Under the pieces are notes generated by a model. The model was not told the DNA's origin. It saw nothing but the letters and a program-made list of their open reading frames with translations, and did no database searches. A stretch of DNA of 64,000 bases from NCBI GenBank assembly GCA_002189035.1, contig NEEC01000019.1:248001-312000 (forward strand). Reading direction: 5' to 3'. The stretch's first letter is position 1; every line of letters starts with the position of its first letter. The translations under genes and the position numbers were made by a program. This DNA is from Utricularia gibba (Eukaryota; Plantae; Magnoliophyta). Positions 25,531 to 39,001 of this stretch are shown piece after piece.

Positions 25531-28500
25531 CATCGTTTTTATTATGTTTTTATATATATTTTTAAGTGTGTTTTGTAAGGTTAAATGTCGCTAAGTGTGC
25601 TAAAATGTCTTCTTTTGTGTATTTAATCTTTTAGAATGTGTTTATTGTGAAAATAGGCTCAATTGGCAACAATTGAGTCGAAAACTTTAATATTTCGTCT
25701 AATTTGTGTTTTAAGTCTTACCAGGGTAAGAGCTAGTACTATAGCAACATACTTTCTGCGTTAACAAGTCAAAAGTGACAGAAAAGCTGTGCAAAAGCCA
25801 CTTTCCGCCGAAAGTAGCCGCCCTTATGAAGAGATAAGATATGGAGCAGAGATCTCCTTTCTAGAAGCCAGAGGAAAAAGACCAAGCTGCCCTTACTTTT
25901 GAGAGCAAAAGGGAAAGAGGAAGGGAGAGAAGAAGAGAGTACTGTTGGGTTTCTTGTAGACATCGAAATATCAAAAGATAATATTTGCCAATGAATTGAT
26001 TATCTCTAGAACACATACACTAACAATCTCCCACTTGTACTAGAGCCAATCATTGATGTATCTCGTACCAATGGACTCTATGTGCATCTCATGGACCTTC
26101 TGTGGAAGCATCTTTGTAAGTGGATTTGGTACATTCTCCTTTGTGTCCACTTTCTCAATTCTGACATCGCCTCTACCAATGATCTCTCTGATCACATGGT
26201 AGCGTCGAAGCACGTGTTTGGATTTCTGATGTGATCGAGGTGCCTTAGCATTTGCAAGAGCCCCAGTGTTATCGCAATATAGGAGTATAGGATCCTCAAC
26301 ATTTGGGAGTACTCCTAGATCGCTGACAAACTTCTTAATCCAAATAGCTTCTTTTGCAGCATCGCTGGTGGCAATGTACTCTGCTTCCATTGTTGAATCA
26401 GCAGTCGTTTCTTGCTTAGAACTCTTCCAAGTGACTACGCCTCCATTTAGGGTGAATATGTATCCTGATTGAGACTTCAAGTCATCATGATCAGACTGGA
26501 AACTTGCATCAGCATATCCTTCCACTTGGAGACCTTTACCACCGTATATCAAGAACATGTCTTTAGTCCTTCTCAAGTACTTAAGATTGCTCTTGACTGC
26601 GGTCCAATGATCCATTCCAGGGTTCGACTGATATATGCTTGTAACACTTAAAGCATATGACACATCTGGTCTAGTACACAGCATGACGTACATTATTGAC
26701 CCAATAGCAGAAGCATATGGGATTCGAGCCATCTGATCCCTTTCTTCTTCTATCTTGAGGCACATCGCTTTTGAAAGTGGCTTATGTGTCATGGGCATTA
26801 AACCTCTCTTGGAATCAGCCATGTTAAACCTCTTTAACACTTTATCGATGTAGGTCGATTGTGATAATCTAATCAGTCTTTTTGATCTATCTCTATAGAT
26901 TTTTATGCTCAATATATAAGCCGCATCTCCAAGATCTTTCATTGAAAAGCTCTTAGATAACCAGATTTTTACTGATTGCATTGTTGCAACATCATTTCCC
27001 ATTACTAATATGTCATCCACATGTAGTATGAGAAATACAATTGCCAAGCCATCTACCTTCTTGTATACACAAGGTTCATCTTCATTTTGAGAGAAACCAA
27101 ACTCTTTGATTGTCTCATCAAATTGGATGTTCCAACTTCTTGAAGCTTGTTTTAGCCCATAGATGGATTCGTTCAGTTTACACACTTTACTAGAATCTTG
27201 TGTGAAACCTTCAGGTTGTGTCATGTACACTTCCTCACCCAAATTTCTATTTAGGAAGGCTGTTTTCACATCCATCTGCCATATCTCATAATCAAAATGA
27301 GCAGCAATGGCAAGTAAAATTCGAATGGACTTCAGCATAGCAACAAGCGAGAAGGTTTCTTCATAATCAACACCTTGTTTTTGACGATACCCTTTTGCCA
27401 CAAGTCGTGCCTTATAGGTAGATATATTTCCATCCATGTCAATTTTCCTTTTGAATACCCATTTGCATCCAATAGGATTTACTCCCTTTGGAGCATTGAC
27501 CAATGTCTATACATTGTTCTCATACATGGAATCCATTTCTGCCCCCATGCCAACAAGCCATTTACTTGACTCAGCACTATTGATTGCTTCGTCATAAGTC
27601 CGAGGTTTCTCATCTAATATGAGGTCTCCCATGCCTTCGGCATCAACAATGAAACCATATCTCACAATAGGGTTACGTTGTCGGACTGATCTTCTGATAG
27701 AAAACGTGCTTGGTACATTTGGCAAGTCAGATTGCCCAGGTTGATTGCTCACTGGTACATTACCAGCTTCTGGGACACAATTTCGAGATGGTGAGCCTAG
27801 ATTACCTTTTGAGTCACCCACTGGCATCTCTATAGGTGTCACTGGCTCGTTCTCAAACATCTCCTCAAGTTCAAAACGACTCCCACTTGCTTCTTTGAGG
27901 AGAAACTCTTTCTCTAAAAAGACAGCATTCCTCGAGATGAAAATCTTTCCCTCTTGAGGATTATAGAAGTAGTACCCCATGGTTTCTTGTGGATATCCCA
28001 CAAAGAAACACTTGTCAGATTTGTTCTCCAACTTATCTGACTTTAACCTTCTTACATAAGCAAGGCATCCCCAAGCTTTGAGATAGGAGAAACTCGGTTT
28101 TCTGCCAGTCCAAATCTCATAAGGAGTGGTTTCAACCGATTTCGATGGGGCTTTGTTCAAAACATGAGCCACTGGCTCTAAAGCATATCCTCACATGGAC
28201 TTTGGTAGTTCTGTAAAACTCATCATGGATCGTACCATGTCAAGCAAAGTTCGATTTCTCCTCTAAGAAACACCATTGTGCTCAGGTGTATTAGGAGGAG
28301 TTCTTTCTGAGACAATACCATTGTCCTTCAGATGATCCTTGAATTCATTACTCAAGTATTCCCCACCACGATCTGATCGAAGTTTCTTGATGGAACGCTC
28401 AAGCTGGTTCTCGACCTCCATCCGAAACTCTTTGAACTTTTCAAAGGCTTCAGATTTTCGTTTCATCAAGTAGATGCATCCATATCTTGAATGGTCATCT

Positions 28501-30859
28501 ATAAAAGTGATGAAATATGAGAAACCCCTCTAGCAGTGATGCTCATTCGACTACATACATCAGAATGTATTAAATCCAATAAGTTTCAGCTCTTGCTCCT
28601 TTTCCTAGAAAAGGTTGCTTTGTCATTTTACCCAATAAACAAGATTCGCATGTATTAAATATCCCAATCGATATAAGTACTCAACACGCTTCTTGTTTAT
28701 ATGGCCTAAACGACAATGCCAGAGGTAAGAATTCAAGACATTGTCAATCCTTGGCCTTTTTATGCACATGTTAATCTTTTCCGAATCATGCTGATCCAAA
28801 ACATATATTCCGTTTACTATTGTAGCAGTACCATAATGCACATTCCCTCGTCGTATGGAACAACAATTGTTCTTTACGGAAAACTCAAAACCAATCTTGT
28901 CCAAACAAGAAATAGAGACGATGTTCTTAGACAATGAGGGAACACAATAGATAGAATCTAATTCAAGAGATAATCCAGAAGGTAGGGCGATGTGGCAAGT
29001 CGTGCACCATTCCCAACTCTTAGGTCAACATCGCTTTTCTTCAAGATTTTACTACTCATTAGGTCCTGCATGTTAGTGCAAATGTGAGCATCACAACCAG
29101 AATCTAACACCTAAGAACCATTCTTGATAGTAGTGTTAATCTCAATCATGTGTATACCTGAAGCTGAATTCTCATTCTGCTTCTTGCCCTTGATTGACTC
29201 TAGATAGGCTTTGCAGTTTCTCTTCCAATGACCAGATTTCCCACAATGAAAGCATTCACCCTTAGCCGGTTTTTCAGCAGGCTTCTTCTTCTTGATCTCA
29301 CTTTTAGCTTTGAGTTTCTTGTCTTGACTCTTCTTCTTGGAAACCTTTTTACTTGAAGAGATAAGCATGACATTCTTTTGTTTCTTTGTGATAGTTGTCT
29401 CAACAGACTTGAGTAACTGAATCAATTCAGGAACAGTTTGATCCATCTTGTTCATCTGATAGTTCATCACAAACTGTGAGTAGCTATCAGGTAGTGAGGT
29501 AAGGATTAAGTCAATACTCAAGTCCTTATCCAACACAAAACCAAGAGTGGACAACTTCTCAATGTAACTCAACATCAATGTCGCATGATCAGTAGCAGAA
29601 CTTCCTTCTGCCAAGCGACAATTGAACAACAGCTTTGATGTCTTGAACCTCTCAAGTCGTGAGTGCTCACCAAACAGATCCTTGAGGTGTGTTATCATCT
29701 GTTAGCAAGTCATCACCTCATGCTGTTTTTGGAGATCAGGGCCATCGAAGCAAGCATGATACAGGAGACAAGCTCACCATCATCTAGATACTTTTGATAT
29801 GCATGCCGAAAATCTTCAGTTGCATTAGCCCTGGGTTGTGCAGGAACATCTTGCTCAAGGATGTAAGCAATCTTCTCCGCCTTGAGAACAATTCTCAAAT
29901 TGCGGTGCCAATCAGTAAAATTCGAGCCAACCAACATGTTGGACTCTAGAATGGATCTCAAATTCACGCTGGAAGACATATCTTCAACCTGAAGAAGAGA
30001 AAGCAAACACATCATGTAGTGTTCCTTAAATCACATCTAATTGGTCTTTATTAAATGTGATATACTCCCACTATGTTTTTCGACATGGCAACCCCTTACT
30101 AACAAAACGAGAAAATCAGATTTTCTTAGTGGGATAGTGTCCCATTTCATTCATCTCCACCTTGACTGTAGCCAACAAGCTTTAATGAATGAAACAGTAG
30201 TCATCTCATGCCAATTGTATCTCTCATACAACCACTGTATCATTGAGTCATCAACTCTTGATGTAAAAACTATTTACCTCAACCTTTCCTCCAATTTTAC
30301 CAATCTTGGCTTTAGTCAACAAGTTGATAAAATCAATTAAGCCGACCCACCGTGAATCTAATTCCATAATTCAAACATGTCATGTGTAGTGGAGAGCTTG
30401 ACGGTAGCCAACAACTCTATGCACTAAAAATGACTCTCGTTCTCCTTATGTCAGTGGAAGGAATAAGCTTAATTATTTGATAGGGGATTTTTCGATAGGC
30501 AACACTTGCACTATGGATATCGATATCCTATCAGATAGGAATCCTGACAACCCTTGCCCTTTCGTTCACAACGCATCATTTCCCTGGATTTTCATACATA
30601 AAGCTCGAAAATCCTAATTGACCCTAGATGCCTTGGTCACAAATAAATTATCAAACATCATATGCATCGATAATTCACCAATATGATCATCATAATCAAA
30701 ATTCGTGCAAAGGCCATCATGCCCCACGACTTTCACATATAAACCATCATCATGCTGCGCATATACACGTAAGATATGATTCCCGAAAGAATCAATCATC
30801 AATAAAATTTCGTGCATCCTAGGGCAGCAAAACAATCCAACATAATCAGATTTCGTGCA

Positions 30860-30970
30860 TCACATGCTATATCATGATCGCTGTCAAGGCAACATACGAG
30901 AACATCTCGCAAAATCACATGCTATTACGATGATCGCCGGCAAGGCAACATACGAGGACATCTCGAAAAA
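30860..30970. repeat. Two-copy ~55-bp tandem repeat in the Angela 5' UTR
   Basis: TCACATGCTAT..ATGATCGC...CAAGGCAACATACGAG.ACATCTCG.AAAA occurs twice. Confidence 0.7.
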
Positions 30971-31063
30971 TCAGCAAGGATTCTAACGTATACACGTATT
31001 CCGTAACCTCGCTCTAATACCATTGTTGGGTTTCTCGTAGACATCGTATGTCTCAAAAGCAGC

Positions 31064-32236
31064 TGATAAACGAAAAATTCACACGTCGTAAATGTAAACT
31101 TTCCTATCAAATAAATTTATAACCTAATACACATTCAAGCATAAAACAATTATGAGCATAGTGGACTAGGGTCGAACACAAGGAGCTAGGTGCTTGCTAT
31201 GTGAAGGTCAATGCAAGGAATCAATGTCACGTTGGTAAAATTGGTCTTAGCTAGGACTAAGGTAAAACTAAAACGAAATACAGTAAAGAAAAGTAATAAG
31301 TTCTAGAGTTCGGTTGTTTCTGGAATGGAATGGGTGATGCCTTGGGATTCCTAGGGGATGTATGCTCATCACTAAGCAAACTCACACAAACCACAAATCA
31401 CACAACTAACTCACAAGATCTAGGTCTACCTGGATTCTTGTTTTTCCCCCAAATCTTTGGTCTACCTCTAATTAGGGTTGTTAAGTTGGGTTTCACTACT
31501 TCCCCCTCTTGGATCTATGCTGGTTTTTTAAGGAAGTGGCGTGACTCATGGCTATTTAGATCTAAAGGTTGATTAGCATGTTTCTCCCCTTTTTACCCCA
31601 AGGCACCCTCCTAAGTACTTAGCCACTCATGCTTAAGGTAAACGAAAGTGGAAAAGAAAACATCACCCACAGTGTGCTCATTTCACAGTCAAATACCAGA
31701 AAGGAAACAAGCAAGTAATGTGAAGTGTCAACAAAAACTGAAAAACGTCACTAGTTACTCTTAGCTAGGAGTAATATTCTTCGAAGAAAGAAAATAATCT
31801 TGAACTTCAGCTTCATTCCTGTTTGTCTTCCTTCTTCTTCCTCCCCAGAAAATGTGCTCGTGAGTCTCCAAGGGGAGATCTGATTTCTCTCTCCACCTTT
31901 CCCTCTTTTTGTCTAAAATCTCTCTTTTTCCTCCTTGGCTTTTGTGTGCACCACTTTTCAGACTTTTGAACTCATCTTCTGCCACTACACTGTGCATGTT
32001 CGGCTCCTTGGGATTTGTGTTGTGACCTACACTGCATTGCTCGAATAAAATAATTAGAAGGTTGGGGATAAATCACAGATTTAGTCCCAACTAAGACTAG
32101 AATCACACAATTACGGTACTTATGAAACCCCCAACGCAGATCACTCAAAAATATAAAACTAGGCAGTAAAATAATTTTTGTAGCAATATATGAAATTTTT
32201 TTCATGTACTTAATCACTCAAAAATATGTGTTATCA
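31064..32236 (-). mobile_element. Solo LTR, Athila-like Gypsy family (1173 bp), inside the Angela 5' LTR
   Basis: TGATAAACG...TTATCA with a perfect GCAGC TSD (31059-31063 / 32237-32241). Same termini as the 16045-17421 solo LTR. Confidence 0.88.
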
Positions 32237-32689
32237 GCAGCGGAATTTTAAAAATTTTGAGAAACCCCCAACGCAGATCTTGGAATACGGTATACATCAA
32301 ACATAGGGATTCTGAAATACCTTTTAGATGACTCCGTTGTTCACCAACTGCCAATAGCAGACGACCTCTATGGTATCCACACATGGAGCACTCCGTTGAT
32401 AACCTTCTCAAGGCTTTTGAATGCTGGTTGAATTTCTCAGATGCCAGTAGAAATTCGCTTTGATAACCTTCAAGAGCCTTGAGAAGGTTATCAACGGAGT
32501 GCTCCATGTGTGGATACCATAGAGGCCGTCTGCTATTGGTGGTAGGTGAACAACGGAGTCATCTGAAAGGTACTTTGAACATCCCTATGTCTGATGTATA
32601 CCGTATTTCAAGATCTGCGATGGGGGTTTCTCAAAATTTTTAAAATTCCGCTGCTTTTGAGACATACGATGTCTACGAGAAACCCAACA
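32237..32689. repeat. Long inverted repeat formed by head-to-head Angela LTR 3' ends
   Basis: 32237-32421 (plus 31024-31063) is the reverse complement of 32469-32689, with scattered substitutions and a 47-nt spacer. Confidence 0.88.
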
Positions 32690-35600
32690 CTCATAAAGTC
32701 AATGCCCCATGCATCAAAAATCTCATACATGATAATGGGTTGAAGGGGCATTTGATCTTTATATCCCAATTTCCTCCTCTTTGACAATTTGGGCACTTCT
32801 TGCAATGAAGGTAGGCATTCTTGAATATTGTAGGCCAATAAAATCCAGCCTCGAGAACCTTCTTTGAAGTAACTTTTGCACCAAAATGTCCATCACAAGG
32901 TAGCTCATGACAATGTGAAAGGATAGAGTGCACTTCATCTTGGGGGATGCATCTCCTAATAATCTGATCTGCTCCAATTTTCCAGAGATACGGGTCATCC
33001 CAGATGAAATTCAGGCTGTCACTCCTCAATTTCTCCTTCTGGTAATGTTAGAAATCCGCAGGAAATTGTCCAGTTACTAAAAAATTTATGATGTCAGCGT
33101 ACCACGGATTTTCGTCATGGATCATGAATAGGTGTTCGTCCGGGAAGGTGTCATCGATAAGACTTGATTTTTCTCCAGAAGCAATTCGGCTGAGATGGTC
33201 TGAAACTAAATTCTCGCATCCTTTCTTTTCCTTGATCTCCAAATTGAATTCTTGAAGCAATAAAATCCATCTAATGAGTCTAGGCTTCGAATCTTTTTTG
33301 GTGAGGTGGTATCTCAATGTGGCATGGTCCGAATAGACTATGACTTTGGCTCCTTAGAAATAAGATCGAAATTTCTCCAAGGTAAACACAATGGCCAGCA
33401 GCTCCTTTTCTGTAGTGGTGTAGCTCTTTTGGGCATCATCAAGGCACTTGGACGCATAGTGGATAACATGGGATTGTTTCTCCACCTTTTGTCCCAAAAC
33501 CACATCTAGAGCTACATCACTTGCATCACACATTAATTTAAAGGGTAGACTCTAATTTGAAGCCTGAATAATGGGAGCTGAAACAAGCTTCTCTTTCAAA
33601 ACATCAAAGGCATACATGCATTTTTTATCAAAATGAAACTCAACATCTTTATGCAATAAGGCACATAGAGGAGATGCAATTTTCGAAAAATATTGAATAA
33701 ATCTATAATAAAAACCAGCATATCCAAGGAAAGAACGTACGTCTCTCACACAAGTGAGATAAGGTAATTTTTGGATTACCTCAATCTTGGCCTTGTCAAC
33801 TTCAATTCCCTTATGAGAAACAACATGTCCTAAAATAATACCTTGTTCTACCATGAAATGACATTTCTCATAATTCAAAACAAGGTTAGTCTCAACACAA
33901 CATTTCAAAATCAGTGACAAATTAGCAAGGCATTCATCAAAACTATTTCCATAAACCGTAAAGTCATCCATAAAAACCTCAATAATATTTTCAATATATT
34001 CAGAAAAAATACTAACCATGTATCTTTGAAATGTTGCTAGTGCATTGTAAAGTTCAAAAGGCATTTTGTGGTAAGCAAAAGTTCCAAAAGGGCAAACGAA
34101 AACAACCTTAGATTGGTCAAGAGCCACGGGTATTTGATGGAAACCGGAGTATCCATCCAAGCAGCAATAATGGCTCCTTCCAGCAAGTCTTTCCAGCATC
34201 TGGTCGATGAATGGAAGTGGGTAGTGGTCTTTTTTGGTAGCGGCGTTCAGTTTTCAGTAATCTACGCACATTCACCAGACATTTTGCACTCTGGTAGGCC
34301 GGAGTTTCCCTTGGTCATTGGCCATGACTATGATACCTGTTTTCTTCGGGACAACCTGCACAGGGCTAACCCACTCACTATCAGAAATAGGATAGATTAT
34401 ACCTGCGGCCAATAACTTCAGAATCTCCTTCTTGACCACTTCAATCATAGGAGGGTTCAATCTCCTTTGGGGTTGGCGAATTGGCTTTGTTCCCTCCTCC
34501 AAATAAATATAGTGTGTGCATATGGAGGGGCTTATTCCTTTGATATCTGACAATGTCCACCCAATTGCCTGTTTGTGCTCTTGGAGCATGCTCCTAAGTT
34601 TTTCCTCGTATTCCAGAGTTAGTTTAATAGAGATAATAATAGGTAAAGTCTCATTTTCGCCCAGAAATAAATACTTCAATTGCTCAAGCAGAGTTTTTAA
34701 CTCTAGTAATGGGGCATGAATAACATAGGGAATCAGTAGTTTCTCAGGCATTTCCAAATTCAGAAAAGTAATGTCAGAAAATTCCGGTTTTTCAGGAAAA
34801 TAATCAAGATAACTTAAAAGTTCAGAATCAGAAAAAGAAATACGATCAGAATCAAAGTTTTCAGTAAGGCATTTTAGCAAGGGATCTTGCTCATGGACCA
34901 TCGCTAAGTGTTCTACATCTGCGTCAGATGTAGATTTTGAACAAATCTCATTAATTTGGTTCGGATATTGCATGGCTTTGTCAAGGCTGAAGTCCTACAC
35001 CTGTCCATCGAACTATAGAGAAATTGTGCCAGCTTGGACATCAATTTTGGTGCCTGCAGTAGCCATAAACGGTCGTCCCAAAATGATGGACTCCGAAATC
35101 ATGGGATTTTGGCTCTCCATGGGAATAACTAAAAAGTCAGCAAGAAAAATCAAATCTTTAATATGTACAAACTCATCATCAACTCTATCATCAGACTTCA
35201 CATGTGATCTATCAGCTAATTGACAAACAACACTAGTAGGCTCAAGTTTACCTAGCTTAGATGCAAGAGAAAGATAAAGAGATCTAAGCATAACATTAAC
35301 CGATGCTCCTAAATCACACATGGTCACAAAAATTTTGGTCTCGCCAATAGTAATAGGTATGGAAAACATACATGGATCCTTACACATTTGTGAAAGCTTT
35401 CTCTAAATAATTGCTGAAATATTTTCAGTTAAAGGAATTACCTCTTCCACTTTGGCCTTCTTCTTAGGATTGTACAAATACTTCAACATTTTTGCATATT
35501 TCGGCACTTGATCTATCATGTCCAGCAAGGGAATATTCACGTTCACCTTCTTCATCACCTCCATGAATGATTTCAGTCCACGTTTGTCCTTGTTCTTCCT

Positions 35601-38600
35601 TCGAAGTCTCATAGGAAAAGGAGGTGGGATGACTAGAGACTTAGGTTGATCAATTCCTTCACTTCTTCAGGTGGCGTCGGTACAGTAGTGTTCTGGACTG
35701 GAGAATCATTAGGATTTTCTAAAATAATCACTTCATCCACATCATCATCGCTGTCCAAGACTTCTAATTCTTTTTCTTCAAATCTGTCCACCTTAGTCAT
35801 AAACCATGGGTAAGGTTTCGGTAGATCCTTCCCGCTTAAAGATATTGCGTTGATATGCTTTGGGTTCTTCATTGGTTGGGATGGCAGTGCTCCTTACATC
35901 TCCAGTCGGTTCATGGCTTGTACCAGCTGGGTAATTTGAGTTTGCATGCTTGTAATTCATCCATCCATGTCTTTTTGCGCAGCATGCATTTTGGTGGTTC
36001 TCTCGGCAAGGGACTTCACTATGGACTCCAGATTATGATTCGGATGATAAGGAACAAGAGGTTGATCTGGAACTCTAGTGATTTGTAAAGGTTGAGGTGG
36101 AGCAGTGAGAGTTTTCTGAGAAACAGCGGAAGGGTTCCCTAGTAATGGGGCTTGATCAGGAGGTACTGGTTGTCTCCCGCGGAAACCAGAGTGGTCTCTT
36201 CTCGGCATTTGATAGTTTCCGTAATTGTAGGCTCCTCCTTGGTTCTCGTAAAAGGCGTTCACCTCTTCTACTGGCATCTCATGTATCATAGCTCCTGGAT
36301 CAAAAAGATGAGAGGTTGAAGATTCTTGATACCTTCCTTGTTGTTGGAGAAGTGATTGGAAGCCAAGCTTCAAGGTATCACTCATAGCAGCAAGTTGAGC
36401 TAAAACTTCAGAATTGTCCACTTCGTGCACTGATTTAATAGGCTGAGAATTTCCTCCAGGTGGTCGGTATGAGTAGTGATATCGACCGAAAGTAGAATAA
36501 GAGTTAGGAAGTAGAATATGAGTTAGGAATTTCCTGCAGCTTGACTTGGTTCTCTATAGCACCTTTTGGGCGCATGAATGCACAAGCCGTGTGCAACTCT
36601 CTAAGATGACGATTTGGGTCGTCATTTTCTCTCCCAACAAACTTAGGAAGTGTTTGAAACAGATATGGGCGAAGGTCAAAGTCCTCTTCTGCGTCAAAGA
36701 TGATACAAAGTGGTCGCTCAGCATGATTGACGGTGATTTCTTCTTTTATGGTCTTTTGTGTTGGGCCATGATTAGCGATCGATAGAACTGGAAAAATTTT
36801 TGGATGATGTTGTTGTTGTTCTCCGTACATTGTGGGGACTCCAGTAGGTGTTGAGCAGTCATTTCTTTGTCAGTAGATGAACTGGAAGTTAATTCTCTCT
36901 TTTTCGCCAGAAATGTGCGCTCAATCTCCAGATCTAAGGGGCACAAGATTTCTCGGTATGTTCTCAAGCTTCGGTGACCCTTCGATGGAGCTGGAGAGAA
37001 AAATAGTAGCAAAATGGAAATAAAAGAAAAACAAGAAGAAAGAAACAAAAGAAAAGAAAAAGAAAAACTATACACAACACTAAACACAAAAATACGCAAC
37101 TCCTCAACAACGGTGCCAAAAATTTGTTGCGTGTCGTTTCCTCAACAAATTTTAAATATTTATAAAACGTAAAACACAAAAAATGTAGTACGAGTATCGA
37201 TCTTTGGGAAATGTTTTTCGTGAAAAGTGTTTGTAAAGAACTTTCACAAAATGTCACGATTTTGTAAAAGGGGGTTTGTGAGCAGAAATAATAGTTACAA
37301 CCTAAGTGATGGGCCTTGACTACGGTACGCAGTTCTTGGGAATAAGATTCCATATCCTTCCTTTGTCCATCTTTACCTTGGTTTTCATTGATTTCTTTCG
37401 AATATCTTGTTATAGGAGCAAGGAATAGCCTACTCTCCCTTACACTCTGATTGACAAGGAATGGCCTCATGTGATTCCCGCTTGAACAATTAGCAAGACA
37501 AGAGGATTGCCTTTGATTGCCTTTAAAACCGAATTGTGCATGTATTCCCAGCTGTTGCCAAGGGCCAATGGTAGGTCCGAGGTCACAACCTGTCCAGTGT
37601 CGCGGTACCTAGGCCACTTCCCTCGAACGAGTAGGGTTGGAGTTGGTGCTCTTCACCTTGATCTTCACTAAAATCCGCGAGGAGTGGCCTGCTACTCATG
37701 GACCTTGACTAGGAGTCGTTACAGAAAGACTGCAACAAGACGCGTGGAAGAACCGAGTGTATTACTTAGGACTTGGAAGGAAACTTCATCTTCTCCTAGA
37801 AACTAAAGGTTTTATCTACAAAGAGCCATGAAAACAGAAACGAAAAGGAAGCTAAGTATTCTTCCTCCTTAGAGGGGAGGAAGAACTCAAAAGTTCTTAG
37901 TCTAGAAAGGAAAATGGCAAAAGTTCGAAACCAAGTGGCTTTTATATCACTCCCTACGTGCATTAACTCCTTTGGGTCCCTTTTCTCATCATTCCTTCTG
38001 TCATGCGTGCACGACCAGCTTCCCTTTATGTGCAAGTTAGCGCCGAATCATTTCTGCAGACTTTGGCATGCCATAAGTCAGGGGCCTTGACCAGTGTCTG
38101 TCTTCCGCCCACAATTGTTCTAAGTAGTGTACAAGGCACGAAAAGTCAGATTCTAACCTCATACAATACTGCTGCAACACTCCATGACAGTCTCCTGACA
38201 TGTCTCGGTCAAAATGCATGAAAAAAGACAGAAAATATATACAAAATAGGAAAATAGGATTTGTCTAAGAAAAATCAATTTCTTATCAATATACTTCCTA
38301 ATTGGGAGACTTAATACATAATTAACACATATTAATACCTAATAAATAACTATAAAATGACACTTAACAAGAATCCAAACAACAATTACATTGCTTGCCA
38401 TACACAAGCTATTCCAAATCAAAACAACACCACCACTTTAATTTCCAGGTTCTGATCGTTACCGGAAAGTCTTTTTTAACTTTTTTAATGCATCAGCAAC
38501 ATTCCTTTGTCTCAACTTTCTCCAACTCATCCTCATTTCTCTCTAATACTTCTTTGATTCAATGCCAGCTTTATTCTATGTGTTTGGTATGTGCATGAAA

Positions 38601-39001
38601 TGTAGAGTGCTTACTCAATTGAGTAGCACTTTGACTGTCACTGAAATACTATAGGTTTACCTTCTAAAAATCCAATTTCTAATATACCAATCCAGAGTGC
38701 TTCCTTGAAGGCTTCTTTGAGTGCCATATCCTCATATTGTTTGCTTGATAAAGCCACAGTTTTAGGTAGTTTTGAGCTCAAAATCATTGCACCACCTCCC
38801 ATGACATTAATAAGACCTATAGCGATTTTCTGGTGTCTAGATCTCCTCCAAGATCAGCATCAACATACATCTTCGAGGCAGTATTATTTGAGCTGTATCA
38901 TAGTTTATACTCTTTAGTGCTTTTCAAAGATCTCAGTAGCCATCTCACACTTACCCAATGCCTTTTTACCAAGATCATCTAAGAATCTACTTATAGTGCT
39001 T

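Larger units (their letters stand above)
25943..32456 (-). mobile_element. Angela-type Ty1/Copia element nested in the Athila element
   Basis: gag MSSSVNLRSILE...FTDWHRNLRIVLK, CCHC CFHCGKSGHWKRNC, LWHCRLGHI, integrase RSDRGGEY, 487-aa RT-RNaseH ORF 26040-27503 (YVDD reads HVDD). PBS GCTCTAATACCA at 31011-31022, PPT at 26026-26036. The 3' LTR is only 83 bp; the 5' LTR is split and truncated. Confidence 0.9.
23219..38369 (-). mobile_element. Athila-type Ty3/Gypsy element with env-like ORF, decayed
   Basis: AGAAT TSD (23214-23218 / 38370-38374). 5' LTR 37125-38369; the 3' LTR matches only over 23219-~23790. PBS TGGCACCGTTG (tRNA-Asp type) at 37108-37118. gag LDLEIERT and LPKF.G...DP..HL, protease CDLGASVN, RT EVFMDDF, RNaseH, and integrase up to AWGIDFM. 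Confidence 0.9.
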
